A stretch of DNA of 64,000 nucleotides from an uncultured Patescibacteria group bacterium (GTDB lineage: Bacteria > Patescibacteriota > Microgenomatia > UBA1400 > PJMF01), in the NCBI GenBank assembly GCA_905478415.1, contig CAJQIG010000001.1, forward strand, positions 245,892 to 309,891, in the 5' to 3' direction. Within the stretch, counting starts at the first letter, position 1. Each line of letters starts with the position of its first letter. Below, in pieces: positions 38,299 to 47,642 of this stretch. The notes under the pieces were generated by a model. The model did no database searches. It was not told where the DNA came from and saw only the letters and a program-made list of their open reading frames with translations. Made by a program: the position numbers and the translations under genes.

Positions 38299-39582
38299 AT
38301 GGAAGAAAAGTTTAAAAAACAATTATGTTTAATGCCTGAGACACACAATCGCCTAAACCAAGCTTTTGTACTTTTTCAAGGTATTAAAGATAACTATCAC
38401 GATGAACTATTATTTACATCCAATTTAAATAATATAATCCAAGCACTGAGAAATGTTACTTTTGTAATGCAAAAAGAGCTTGCGCATACAGAGGGATTTG
38501 AAAACTGGTACAAAAAGAAACAAGATGAAATGCGAGAAGACAAATATCTTAGATGGTCTGTTAAAGCAAGAAACCATGTCGTAAAAGAAGGAGACTTAAA
38601 AAAATTTAGCTACACAAAAGTCAGATTGAAAAACCATTTTGACACAGAACTTTTTGGGGATAGATTAGATCATAAAATATCATTAGGGCATATAGCTGAT
38701 TGGTTTAGACAAAAAGTAAAAATTCCCAAAGAAATTAAGGACTACGCAATAATTGAGGCCGAGCGTATATGGATAATTGAAGACTTTCCTGAATCAGAAG
38801 TTATTGACATAATCATTTACTGCTTTGGATTACTTACTAACCTGGTTTACTTAGCCCATGAAGAGGTACTAGGTATTAATTCACTAGCATGTGAGAAGAA
38901 TACCTATGTTTCTGCTGACGAGGATTATATGGTGAAACTACACAACACCATTGCTGAAGGAAGAATCAATCAAATCTCATATAGTTCTGGTGCAATAATG
39001 ACTAGATCAAGCTTACGAATCACCCTCGCTGAAGATTCATTTAATGAGGTATATAAGAGGTATTCAAAACTTGAAGCAATATTAGAACTAAGTAAAGTAG
39101 AAGCTGGAGACTTACCATTCAACAAAATTCCATACCATATTGAGACCGCAAAACACTTCCTAGAAGTGGATGGTAGTATAATGCCCACTGTTTTTCTTTA
39201 CTTCACAGATAAGCCACCCATAATTCAGGCTTTAGGTTTTAGTCGGCCTACCGACAGGTATTTAATTGCTGAAGATATAGCAAAAAAGATTACGGAGACA
39301 CAATGTGCCGCTGTTGTGTTGGTCACTGAGACTTGGCATGGCAAAATGCCAAAAAATGGAGAAAAATATATTCCTGCATCAGTACAGAAAGCAGGCGAAA
39401 GTATTAGTGTATTCGCTTCATCACCAAAAAGATTAGACAGGTACTCGGTCGAAATCTTACGTGATAAAAATAATAAATCTATAATTGGCGAAGAGAACCA
39501 CAGTAAAAATATGAATCCTGACAACGTACCCTTTTTTAATCGTATCTATGATGTTTGGGCAGATGTAGAGTGGGCAAAATAA
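38299..39582 (+). CDS. Hypothetical protein, possible HEPN-like N-terminus
   Basis: 427-aa ORF; helical N-terminus with ARNHVVKEG. Confidence 0.6.
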   Translation: MEEKFKKQLCLMPETHNRLNQAFVLFQGIKDNYHDELLFTSNLNNIIQALRNVTFVMQKELAHTEGFENWYKKKQDEMREDKYLRWSVKARNHVVKEGDLKKFSYTKVRLKNHFDTELFGDRLDHKISLGHIADWFRQKVKIPKEIKDYAIIEAERIWIIEDFPESEVIDIIIYCFGLLTNLVYLAHEEVLGINSLACEKNTYVSADEDYMVKLHNTIAEGRINQISYSSGAIMTRSSLRITLAEDSFNEVYKRYSKLEAILELSKVEAGDLPFNKIPYHIETAKHFLEVDGSIMPTVFLYFTDKPPIIQALGFSRPTDRYLIAEDIAKKITETQCAAVVLVTETWHGKMPKNGEKYIPASVQKAGESISVFASSPKRLDRYSVEILRDKNNKSIIGEENHSKNMNPDNVPFFNRIYDVWADVEWAK

Positions 39583-39826
39583 GTTAATTATTTTATGGTA
39601 AGGGTGCATTCTTACGTTGAGTGAAAACTAGACATTTTATATAAAATTTGTTCTCATCACATTAGCCTTATACTCAGTATTTACTTGTTCAAATCCCTAA
39701 ACAGAGTCGTTAAACCCGAGTTACTTGATATCTATTATAAAAGTATCGAACAGATCAACTAAATTAGAAATAACAGAGTTCGGATTCGTGAAGGTTAGGC
39801 TCACCTTGAGGTAATTTTCTCACCTT

Positions 39827-40399
39827 TTATTTTTTATCCGAATTAACTTTGTTTAACTCCATAAGATAAGTGTCTTCTGTATCACCATCCAGCCTTACCG
39901 TCTTAATATACTTAAATCCGACCTTTTCATAAACATGAATAGCTCTTGTATTGCTTGGTTCAGGACCAATCACACACAATTTAATTTTTGGATCAACAAA
40001 AACAACCTGATTCAAAAATTCTGAAAGCATCAAAGATCCAAAACCTTTACCTATATAGCTTTTATCACCTAAAAATAAATCTATGCTTTCAACACTATCA
40101 TCGTAATCTAATATGTTAGACCAATCCTCCCAATCTTTTATAAAGTACTTTTGTATATAACCAACTGGTTTGTTATCATACAAAACATAAAAACAATCAG
40201 TTGGTTTCTCACCTTTAATCTTAGGTAAATATCTTCTTGAAACATTATCTAAAGTAATTTCTTTATCTTTATCATAGAACTCATGAACATGAGAGCTGCG
40301 AAGCCATTTGAAAAGAAGCTTGAGATCTCCAGCAACTAAAGGTCTAAATGTAATTTTTTGTTTATCAAAATGATTGTTCATATATATTGATCTTATCAC
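39827..40399 (-). CDS. GNAT acetyltransferase, AAC(6')-Ib/RimL-like
   Basis: PVGYIQ, IDLFLG, YIGKGFG, PEPSNTRAIHVYEKVGF. Confidence 0.8.
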   Translation of the reverse strand: MIRSIYMNNHFDKQKITFRPLVAGDLKLLFKWLRSSHVHEFYDKDKEITLDNVSRRYLPKIKGEKPTDCFYVLYDNKPVGYIQKYFIKDWEDWSNILDYDDSVESIDLFLGDKSYIGKGFGSLMLSEFLNQVVFVDPKIKLCVIGPEPSNTRAIHVYEKVGFKYIKTVRLDGDTEDTYLMELNKVNSDKK

Positions 40400-40701
40400 T
40401 ATAATATGTAAAAGGTTTATTGTTCAATTACTGGTAGGAATGTATGTAGTTGGCAGGATACTACAGGTTATTCACATCTGGAGCAAAGATTGTTAAGTAC
40501 TCAACCAGATCAGCTATTACTCTGTTCGGATTCTGGATCTCTAGGGTCTCAAAGCAATTAAGTATTAAGAATATTATATTTTTTATGTATTCTGTTACTT
40601 CTGGCGACATTATATACAATTTTTTGTTAAATTTATAAGAAATTAGTGCGATAATGTATTTGAGCTCCATATTTCATATCTTTTTGCTAAAATGTACCTA
40701 A

Positions 40702-41445
40702 ATGCTTACAAACATCTCACACACTGCTTTTTTATCAGCTCCACTTATTTCTCTCTTAGATGACAATCTAAAGGCAAAAAAGAAAGAACATCAAGATCAT
40801 CACCAATTCTATGCTCGAATTGTTCAGATAGCAGCGCAACACCAAGTCTCTGTCTATGAACCTTCAAAGTATATGGATCCAGACCTGCATGATTATATTC
40901 GTCCAGAACAAATCTATCAAAAAAATAGGGATATCATCCGTACTAGTGATCTACTTATTGCTTATGTGGGAAAAGTATCTGCAGGAGTTGGAATGGAAAT
41001 TGAAATTGCAAATTCTTTTCGTATACCTGTTATTTTGCTCTATGAAAATGATTCATATAATAAAGTAAGCAGAATGGTATTAGGTTGTAGAATGGCAAAA
41101 CATCAAATTTCAGCTAATTCACTTTTAGAACTAAGTACTTCATTTGAAAATAAATTCCCTTCAATACTTTCTGAGATTGAAGAAGAGAGAATGTATGTAC
41201 TTACTCCTAAAAAAACAAATCTAATCAAACAACTAGTTGCTATTCATAACGCTTCATCCCTCAGCATTGGACAAGTAGCAATAAGAGCAAGCATAGACAA
41301 AAGTTATATTTCTCGTTTACTCAACGAAAAAATCAGTAATCCTGGTAGGGATCAAATAATTAGACTTTGTGCCTGGGGTTGGAAAATTGACTTTGCTCGC
41401 ACCAATGAATTACTACACGATGCAGGGTATGAACAACTCTGGTAA
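40702..41445 (+). CDS. Nucleoside 2-deoxyribosyltransferase(NDT)-like domain fused to XRE HTH
   Basis: FLSAP...SDLLIAY...SAGVGMEIEIA...PVILL, then SIDKSYISRLLNEKISNP. Confidence 0.75.
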   Translation: MLTNISHTAFLSAPLISLLDDNLKAKKKEHQDHHQFYARIVQIAAQHQVSVYEPSKYMDPDLHDYIRPEQIYQKNRDIIRTSDLLIAYVGKVSAGVGMEIEIANSFRIPVILLYENDSYNKVSRMVLGCRMAKHQISANSLLELSTSFENKFPSILSEIEEERMYVLTPKKTNLIKQLVAIHNASSLSIGQVAIRASIDKSYISRLLNEKISNPGRDQIIRLCAWGWKIDFARTNELLHDAGYEQLW

Positions 41446-41537
41446 GGTTGTTTTTTATTGTTCATGCAACGGTCTTCAACAGATTTTCTAGAATCATGCT
41501 GTTATTATTCTTTCAACGCTAAAGTTTGGAGAAAAAT

Positions 41538-42305
41538 ATGTGCTTAGAAAACAAATCACAATGCCCACACATGAATGCTGTACAAGAAAAACTTACACAA
41601 CATACAGAGTACGATACTGTCCATACTAACGCAGACTTAAATGAGGATGATAAAACTATATCAATACAAAACCTTTGGCATAAAAAAGGGTATAACGGCT
41701 GTATCTTTTCACAAGTTATTGCGCAGTCTCCCTCAGAATATGAATGGCAGGCTTCTGTGGTTCATAACTTAGATAGTACTAGTGGTCAAGAAATAGATAG
41801 CTTAATTAACCAAGCAATTGAAAACCCCGCAGTGCGATTATTAAGTATCATTTTTCCTACAGTTCAAACACAAGAAGATCTTACTAGATTAGTCGAAATT
41901 TTATGCTATGAAACAGCCAGTATGCACCTTCTTAATGACGAATCATTAAATAGCTTTGTTGCATTATCTTTCAGAGTAGCATTAGAAAATGATGAGGTAT
42001 TAGCATGGGTCATGGGATTTGGCCCACACGAATCTTTTGCTAAAACTAGACAATCACCATATACTGAAATTGTAATTCCAGTTAAACCAAAACCTGATGA
42101 TACGTATCATAGGCACAATAATGATAAAAGCTCTGCTCATGTTGCAGATCAACATATTGATCTTGATGAGAAAGTAATGGATCGACTTTGGGATAATACT
42201 TACAAAAAAACTAGAAAAGTATTAGGTCACGAACCAGATCTTTTTTCCGGAGCAAGAACTACATTTACTATACCTGAAAATGATTGGGTAAAAATTAAAC
42301 GCTAA
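41538..42305 (+). CDS. Uncharacterised protein, weak YqcI/YcgG-like motifs
   Basis: GCIFS, WVMGFGP, TRQSPYTE, AHVAD; in the operon. Confidence 0.55.
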   Translation: MCLENKSQCPHMNAVQEKLTQHTEYDTVHTNADLNEDDKTISIQNLWHKKGYNGCIFSQVIAQSPSEYEWQASVVHNLDSTSGQEIDSLINQAIENPAVRLLSIIFPTVQTQEDLTRLVEILCYETASMHLLNDESLNSFVALSFRVALENDEVLAWVMGFGPHESFAKTRQSPYTEIVIPVKPKPDDTYHRHNNDKSSAHVADQHIDLDEKVMDRLWDNTYKKTRKVLGHEPDLFSGARTTFTIPENDWVKIKR

Positions 42306-42313
42306 AGGAAAAT

Positions 42314-42829
42314 ATGTCAGTAGAAAGAAACTTTAAATTATCAGAGTATGATCTCAAAACCTACACTCTCATTTATCTAATAAGTCAGGGCATGATCTTA
42401 CTCTTGCAAAGAGATGATGGCAAATCAGATATGGCTGGAAAAATCACAGGCCTTGGTGGAAAAATTGAGCAAGGTGAATCACTACTAGACTCTGCAAAAA
42501 GAGAATTTTATGAAGAAAGTGGTTTACACATTCACGACCCAGAGTTAAAAGGCACCTTTCAATGGTTAGATGAATCTAAAAAGATATGCATGACACACAT
42601 CATATTTGCACGCCAATATTCTGGAGAATTACTAGAAGAAAATCGAGAGGGAATCTTAGCTTGGTATCTTATAGCAAAACTACAAGAAATTGAAACATTG
42701 GCACAATACCAAATGATGTTTTTACCTTATCTTCTGGAAGATAGTAACCATTTTTACTCTGGCATAGGGGAATTTAGAAATGAAGAATTGATAGATTATA
42801 TTGATTCAAAAGGAGGAAAGAATGTCTGA
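42314..42829 (+). CDS. NUDIX hydrolase (MutT-like)
   Basis: GGKIEQGESLLDSAKREFYEESGL. Confidence 0.9.
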   Translation: MSVERNFKLSEYDLKTYTLIYLISQGMILLLQRDDGKSDMAGKITGLGGKIEQGESLLDSAKREFYEESGLHIHDPELKGTFQWLDESKKICMTHIIFARQYSGELLEENREGILAWYLIAKLQEIETLAQYQMMFLPYLLEDSNHFYSGIGEFRNEELIDYIDSKGGKNV

Positions 42830-43226
42830 GAAAATTACTATTTGTGGTTCGATGCAATTTGCGAAAGAAATGATTCATCTTAAACATCAACTGGAAGATT
42901 TAGGCTGGATTGTCCTTACACCAGATTTTTCAGAAAAATCATCTACATATGAAAGTCTTCCATCCGACGAAAAAATAGAAGTAAAAAAGGAAATGATTAG
43001 TAACCACTTTAGTCGTATCAAACAATCAACAGCAATTCTTGTAGCAAATTATGATAAAAAAGGAATTAAGGGATATACTGGCTCAAATACACTTATGGAA
43101 ATTGCGGTAGCCCATGTTCTACAGATAGAAATTTATGTTCTCAACACACTTGGTGAACAAGTATGTCAAGAAGAAGTAACTGCTCTTACAACTAGATTTC
43201 TCGATGGTAACTTAAAAAATATCTAA
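42822..43226 (+). CDS. Stand-alone NDT-fold protein
   Basis: ITICGSM...AILVAN...GSNTLMEIAVA; AGGAGG RBS. Confidence 0.7.
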   Translation: MSEKITICGSMQFAKEMIHLKHQLEDLGWIVLTPDFSEKSSTYESLPSDEKIEVKKEMISNHFSRIKQSTAILVANYDKKGIKGYTGSNTLMEIAVAHVLQIEIYVLNTLGEQVCQEEVTALTTRFLDGNLKNI

Positions 43227-43236
43227 ACATCTTACA

Positions 43237-43932
43237 ATGAAAACTCCTGAAATCTACAATCAGTCTTCAGTATCACATAATGAGCAGGGAAAACCTTACA
43301 TTAGAGTGAATTTAGCCGGTCAAGAAGTTGATCTACCTATGCAGACCGTTATCACTAACTCGTCCGAGTTACTACTTGCATGGGTTGATGCAAAACGAGA
43401 AGAAATAACAACCTATGGAGCTTTAGCACTATCTAAGTTGCTTGATGAAGTTAATCCAAGCATTGTCATATCACCATTTTCATCAAAATCTATCCCAATG
43501 GCGGTTCAAGCAGTGAATGATTGGAATAAAAGACAGAATAATGATGTGCCTCTACTTATACTCAGTGGCGGAAAAGATGAAAAATTAGTAAAATCTCAGA
43601 CTGGTAGTGATGGTTTTTCCATGAACTATAATCCCGTCACCTCAACCCAGCAAGCAAAATATATTGGCTTATCTCAGCAGCATGCACAATTAATTCAAAA
43701 TGTAATTTCAGCTGGAAATAAAGTTGCAATAATTGATGATGTATATGGAACTGGGGCAACTGTAAATGCCGTAAGAAAAATTATTGAAGTAGCAACACAA
43801 CGTAAAATTGAAGATTCTCAACTCCCTATAATAGTCGTAGCGCGTGAGGTAGAAGGTAAGTATGAAGAACAACTTATTCATTCTGTCTTAGCCTCAATAA
43901 TAATTCCAATTATTAGAGTTATTTCTGAATAA
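43237..43932 (+). CDS. Type I phosphoribosyltransferase (APRT-like, divergent)
   Basis: VAIIDDVYGTGAT PRPP-binding loop. Confidence 0.8.
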   Translation: MKTPEIYNQSSVSHNEQGKPYIRVNLAGQEVDLPMQTVITNSSELLLAWVDAKREEITTYGALALSKLLDEVNPSIVISPFSSKSIPMAVQAVNDWNKRQNNDVPLLILSGGKDEKLVKSQTGSDGFSMNYNPVTSTQQAKYIGLSQQHAQLIQNVISAGNKVAIIDDVYGTGATVNAVRKIIEVATQRKIEDSQLPIIVVAREVEGKYEEQLIHSVLASIIIPIIRVISE

Positions 43933-43933
43933 G

Positions 43934-44239
43934 TTAGGTATTAAAAATAAAGTAATCGTACAAGAACATCGCCAACCAAATAAAGAAAATCGAGGTAATA
44001 GTATACGCAAGTTTTCTATTCCATCCCCACCTTAACTGCACCAAAGAACCAACTAAAAAAATAAATTCAAAAGGATACGTAATTATGTCACAGTAGCTAC
44101 TGCACCAATTTTTTTCCATGGTTACAACTTCTGTTGCAAAACTAGTAAATCCTAAAGTTTGCTGCAGATCTCGGACAATATGAAAGAGTGAAAAAAACAC
44201 TAGAAAACTAAAAAAGTATTTATATGAATTCTTTTTCAT
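43934..44239 (-). CDS. Small membrane protein
   Basis: Three hydrophobic segments, HIVRD and CSSYC. Confidence 0.6.
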   Translation of the reverse strand: MKKNSYKYFFSFLVFFSLFHIVRDLQQTLGFTSFATEVVTMEKNWCSSYCDIITYPFEFIFLVGSLVQLRWGWNRKLAYTITSIFFIWLAMFLYDYFIFNT

Positions 44240-44636
44240 ATTATCTATAGTATAACTTCTACAGGATTTCCTTCTATCTCAATTGTACTAACACTACCAA
44301 ATGAAAACACAAGGCCCATCTCTAAGAACAGTGCATTTGTATTTTGATCTCAATAACTCAGATATAACATCCGTAATAAATATGCATAGTCTCTAACATT
44401 GGGTGTTCCTACTTCTAGTTTTTCAAATAAAGCATCTCGTTTAGTGGAAACGTACCAACTTTTCAACTCATCCATGTCCTTAATAAAAAGGAAAGGATCT
44501 AGATACTCAGAATCAACTTGTCTATATGTGGGATCAGTGCTTACCTTATCATTAGTGGGAGGTACCCCCAGCTGTCTAAACTAACACTGTTTCCTTCTTG
44601 TACTTAGAGTCAATCTCTTTAGTTAGCAACAACAAC

Positions 44637-45662
44637 TCAACTATCCTCTAAGTGTCTAAAAAATGGGCTATGACGTGTGAAGGGATTGATTGAATATTCG
44701 GTAGAGTGGAATTTTCCCAGCGGGGCATGAGCCGGAAACCTTGTGGGATCAATCGTCACAACTGGCAAAGTAAAACTTCGATACGTATCAAGGTTATTCC
44801 AAAAATCTAAAATTGTAAATATTTTTCCAAGTCTCTCACCCAATAATGAGTCTTCTTTGGGATGAACAACATCACCTCTCAGCGGCTCGTCTCTCACTTT
44901 CCCGCCACGGCTAAATCCAATCATTTTTACCCCTACCCCTCGCTGTCGGTATTCCCACATATTTTTCTGAAACCTGTCAAAAACTACTTCGTCAGGTAAC
45001 CTATTAATTTGATTTGGTTCATCAAGAAAAAGAAATAGCTCATTAAAATCTTTGTACCACTGTGCGCTTATTTGTTCTAGTAATTCGTATACACCCAAAT
45101 ACAATGGGTAATCACCAACCGGAATGCCCCCTACATACGTACACATGTTATTTTCTTCAGCTGCTTTTTTTTGTGCTGCAATGAATTGAATATTTTTTGA
45201 AAAGCTGACAATATATGCAGGATTGATATACTCGATTAATTTTTTTTGTAGTTCAACACCCCTCCCCTTACCAGCATGCTTTGGGTCAATATATAAGGTG
45301 TTAATATATAAAACACTCGTCCCCACACACATTTTATGGTGTCGTTTATTCCATTTTTCTTTTAAAACATTCTCTTCAAAATCATCTAAGATAGCACCTT
45401 TTGGCCTGATTCCCACCATTCTCTGTGTGTACTCAGCTGCGCCAATAACTTCACCGTTACTCTCAAGAGTCATTATATGTGTGTTTCCAGCTAGCCACTT
45501 TCTATAATCTTCTTCTTTATTTGGTGGTCTCCCAAATGCGTTGGCATTTACCAACCAAACTTTTTCTAGTAAAGAGCTTTTCCTAACGTTGGTTAACAAC
45601 TCTTCAACTTCATGAATTGAGATGCGAGGAATCTTAAGGTATTCGTATTGCTCTGGTTTCAT
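44637..45662 (-). CDS. Hypothetical protein with GNAT-like motif
   Basis: LYINTLYIDPKHAGKGRG. Confidence 0.6.
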   Translation of the reverse strand: MKPEQYEYLKIPRISIHEVEELLTNVRKSSLLEKVWLVNANAFGRPPNKEEDYRKWLAGNTHIMTLESNGEVIGAAEYTQRMVGIRPKGAILDDFEENVLKEKWNKRHHKMCVGTSVLYINTLYIDPKHAGKGRGVELQKKLIEYINPAYIVSFSKNIQFIAAQKKAAEENNMCTYVGGIPVGDYPLYLGVYELLEQISAQWYKDFNELFLFLDEPNQINRLPDEVVFDRFQKNMWEYRQRGVGVKMIGFSRGGKVRDEPLRGDVVHPKEDSLLGERLGKIFTILDFWNNLDTYRSFTLPVVTIDPTRFPAHAPLGKFHSTEYSINPFTRHSPFFRHLEDS

Positions 45663-45704
45663 ATCCCATATTATATCAGAACCTTATCTTAATTAGGAAA
45701 TTTA

Positions 45705-47132
45705 CTATTCAACCTTAATAACTGTCAACATACCTGCTTCAGCATGCTCTAAGACATGACAATGACTGACCCACGTGCCCTCATCGAGCGGAATCACTCC
45801 AATATCAATAACTTCTTTTGATTTTACTAAAACAGTGTCACGAAGATATGGTTCATCTACTGGTTCTCCATTTCTTGATAAAACTTTAAAAAATTGTCCA
45901 TGTAAATGCATTGGGTGTAATCTAGATGAGGCATTTGTGAAACGTATCACAGTAAACTCACCTTTTTTTAATATAATTGGGTCGTAATCTGGGTACGCTT
46001 TGCCATTAATTGTCCATTCAATGCCATATTGACCACCTCTTCTAGCATCAAGCACATACTCTTGGTTAATTTGCAAAGTATTTGTAGCATTCCAATCAGG
46101 AAATATTTGGGCTGTTGGAGTGGTAAACTCTTGAGCTTCAATAACTGTTCCATCAATTAAGATGCGAACCAAGCTATTTGTCTCTCGCGTAAAGATATCC
46201 CTGATAGAATACTGTTTTCTCTGAGATTCTAAAGGAATAGTGATATCAACATCTATTCTATTTCCGGGTGATAACTCAAATCCACTTGCAGAAAACGGTT
46301 CTTTTGAGAGCATGCCATCAACAGCAAAGCCTTTTACATCTAAACCACCAAAATCAAGTTGATACACTCTAGCATTCGATGTATTTACAAATCGCAGTCT
46401 TACTCGCTCTCCCGCCTTAGCATTCAGCGTATAGTCTGACAAACCATTAACGGTAACAATGTTCCCCCAGCGACCATCATGCATTAAGTCATGTCCAGTA
46501 TTAAAGCGTGAATCAATTTGGCCAGTTTGATCAATTCTCCAATCGTCAAGGATGACAACTTTGTCTTGATCATAGGTTGGTTCCTCAGGATCTTCTACAA
46601 CAATGGTTCCATATAACCCTCGTTCCACTTGTTCGCTTCCTCTAACATGTGGGTGGTACCAAAAAGTACCAGCATCTTTAGGAACAAATTCATAAATAAA
46701 TTTTTCACCTGGCTTTATCGGCTCTTGAGTTACTCCAGGAACACCATCCATAGCATTAGGGACTCTGATACCATGAAAATGAATTGTTGTTTCTTGAGGA
46801 AGGTTATTTTCAAAGTTAATTTTAAGCGTATCACCTTTTGAAACTCTGATTTCGGGACCTGGAACTTGTCCATTGTATGTCCAGACATCAATTGGGTTGC
46901 TCGCAAATAAATCTAGCGTTGCTTTTTTAGCAACCAAAGTAAATTCTTTGGTCACTCCGTTAGGTTCAATATCTTCTAGGTATGCGTTTTCATATATAGA
47001 AGAAGAGTTGGTCTGCAGATTTTTTTTCAGATATTTGGTTATAAAAAAAGACAGGAGCAATAAAAAAAAGAGTAAAAATACAAATTTTAATTGGGTACTT
47101 TTCGAATATATTGGGTTATTCTTATCTATCAT
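45705..47132 (-). CDS. Multicopper oxidase (copy 2)
   Basis: Same Cu motifs; long stretches identical to copy 1. Confidence 0.92.
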   Translation of the reverse strand: MIDKNNPIYSKSTQLKFVFLLFFLLLLSFFITKYLKKNLQTNSSSIYENAYLEDIEPNGVTKEFTLVAKKATLDLFASNPIDVWTYNGQVPGPEIRVSKGDTLKINFENNLPQETTIHFHGIRVPNAMDGVPGVTQEPIKPGEKFIYEFVPKDAGTFWYHPHVRGSEQVERGLYGTIVVEDPEEPTYDQDKVVILDDWRIDQTGQIDSRFNTGHDLMHDGRWGNIVTVNGLSDYTLNAKAGERVRLRFVNTSNARVYQLDFGGLDVKGFAVDGMLSKEPFSASGFELSPGNRIDVDITIPLESQRKQYSIRDIFTRETNSLVRILIDGTVIEAQEFTTPTAQIFPDWNATNTLQINQEYVLDARRGGQYGIEWTINGKAYPDYDPIILKKGEFTVIRFTNASSRLHPMHLHGQFFKVLSRNGEPVDEPYLRDTVLVKSKEVIDIGVIPLDEGTWVSHCHVLEHAEAGMLTVIKVE

Positions 47133-47147
47133 TACTATCTAGATTTG

Positions 47148-47636
47148 CTATTTTTCAAGTTGTTCTTTAAAAAACTTTAGTTCTTTATAGGTGTGGTTAT
47201 ATACAGCTTTTTCACCTTTAAATACACTCACAAAAAACCAGTGGATCACCTTACCAAAAACTGAGTCTGGAAAATCCATAAAAACATTATGATTTAAGTG
47301 TGTGCCATCTTCTTTTTCTTCGAGTGTGAGCAAACCACCTTCTGGAATTCTTATCTTAAAAAATAAAATTGGATATACAGCAACACCTGTCCATACCAAT
47401 ACTTTAGGACGATCTGCATACATTATTTGACCCTTTAAATCTGCATAAAAATTTGCGACTGTCTCTTTCTGATGAAACGTCACTTCGGTGTGCGGTCTAT
47501 TGTCTCTACTATTAAAAACCAAGCCCAAGTGCTCCTCTGGATTTGAAGCAGTCCAGTTCACAGGATCATGTGCATAATCCCAAATTTTTTCTGGTGAATT
47601 TTTAATGGTTATGTTGGTATTTTGTTTTAATAACAT
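47148..47636 (-). CDS. SRPBCC/START-like protein
   Basis: IKNSPEKIWDY N-terminus and C-terminal helix ELKFFKEQLE. Confidence 0.65.
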   Translation of the reverse strand: MLLKQNTNITIKNSPEKIWDYAHDPVNWTASNPEEHLGLVFNSRDNRPHTEVTFHQKETVANFYADLKGQIMYADRPKVLVWTGVAVYPILFFKIRIPEGGLLTLEEKEDGTHLNHNVFMDFPDSVFGKVIHWFFVSVFKGEKAVYNHTYKELKFFKEQLEK

Positions 47637-47642
47637 AGTAAT

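Noticed and set aside
39700-39810. Possible further degenerate att arm (GTTAAACCCGAGTTACTT; TTAGGCTCACC)
   Set aside because: The matches are short, about 70 bp apart and lack an intact GTCA core in register; they could be chance.
40450-40670. Overlapping 62-aa and 69-aa ORFs
   Set aside because: AT-rich divergent intergenic region; no motifs or RBS support.
44245-44636. Possible minus-strand pseudogene
   Set aside because: It reads as protein-like in shifting frames but has no recognisable family or clear start.
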